NCBI RefSeq assembly: GCF_009914755.1
Contig: NC_060934.1
DNA: 64,000 nucleotides
Direction: 5' to 3' (one strand)
Source of the DNA: the human T2T-CHM13v2.0 reference genome, Homo sapiens
The notes beneath the pieces are model-generated. The model searched no databases. It was not told the DNA's origin and worked only from the letters and a program-made list of their open reading frames with translations. The position numbers were made by a program, and so were the translations under genes. Positions 63,433-64,000 of this stretch are shown here, one piece after another (positions within the stretch are counted from its first letter, which is position 1; each line of letters opens with the position of its first letter).

Positions 63433-64000
63433 TAAGTTTATAATTTCTTAACATGGTGTTTAATTAAGCCTATTCACAAATATTCTTAAATAACACACCA
63501 AAATAATTTACTTATACTCTAATAGGAAAGATTCTACATTAGGATGCAGAATCTGAAGGAAACAATCTTCAATTTCTTGACTTAGACATTCTTGGTAACA
63601 GACCCACACAGTAATTAGGTAGCACTTATGTATTGTGATATTACCTGGGGTGTTTATAAGCTCATCCTTTAATAAGCTAGACTAAGTGCAGTAAATCAGC
63701 TCACTCTGCAACCAACCAGTCCCACCTCCTAACTGCTCCTGAACTGCAAAGACCAAAAGCCTCAGAGAAGACATATTTCCCAAACTTTCTTGCAGCTAAA
63801 GCTCTCAGCGTGAATCATGTTCCATCAATGAAACACACACACATGTGCAATATGGAAGATGAGTGAAATCCAGGCTATCTTCCTGAAGCTACTGTTCCTG
63901 GCAAGTGTAGCTGTGGGGACTGAGTTTTGGGCAGCAGCAAATAACTCCCAGCTTCCATGTGCTTGAGAGTCAGTTGCCGGGATGCCAGCAGCTGCATCCT

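Overview
Human/primate genomic DNA, repeat-rich and intron-containing, with no prokaryotic features. It matches the 10q11.22 segmentally duplicated GPRIN2-SYT15 locus. GPRIN2 is on the - strand: one 458-codon coding exon (5715-7091), plus two upstream non-coding exons inferred from splice signals and a CpG-island promoter at ~12.2-14.1 kb. SYT15 is on the + strand with a CpG-island promoter at ~34.4-36 kb. Its 8 coding exons splice with GT-AG boundaries to exactly 421 aa. An alternative terminal exon at 45959 gives a 390-aa form, and an upstream in-frame ATG combined with exon-2 skipping gives a 474-aa form without the transmembrane segment. The rest is Alu, L1, MIR, MaLR/ERV LTRs, DNA transposons, microsatellites and a third CpG-rich promoter-like patch at ~54.4 kb. 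I see no new protein-coding system. The most interesting structures are (i) a frame-switching SYT15 exon 1, (ii) an inverted AluY pair bracketing the SYT15 exon-8 acceptor, (iii) a TSD-flanked retroposed mRNA-like fragment of unknown parent, (iv) an inverted L1 ORF2 fragment inserted at its homologous position in an older L1, and (v) a uORF ending 7 nt before the GPRIN2 start. Gene names, repeat subfamilies and comparisons with reference proteins are from memory, not database searches.
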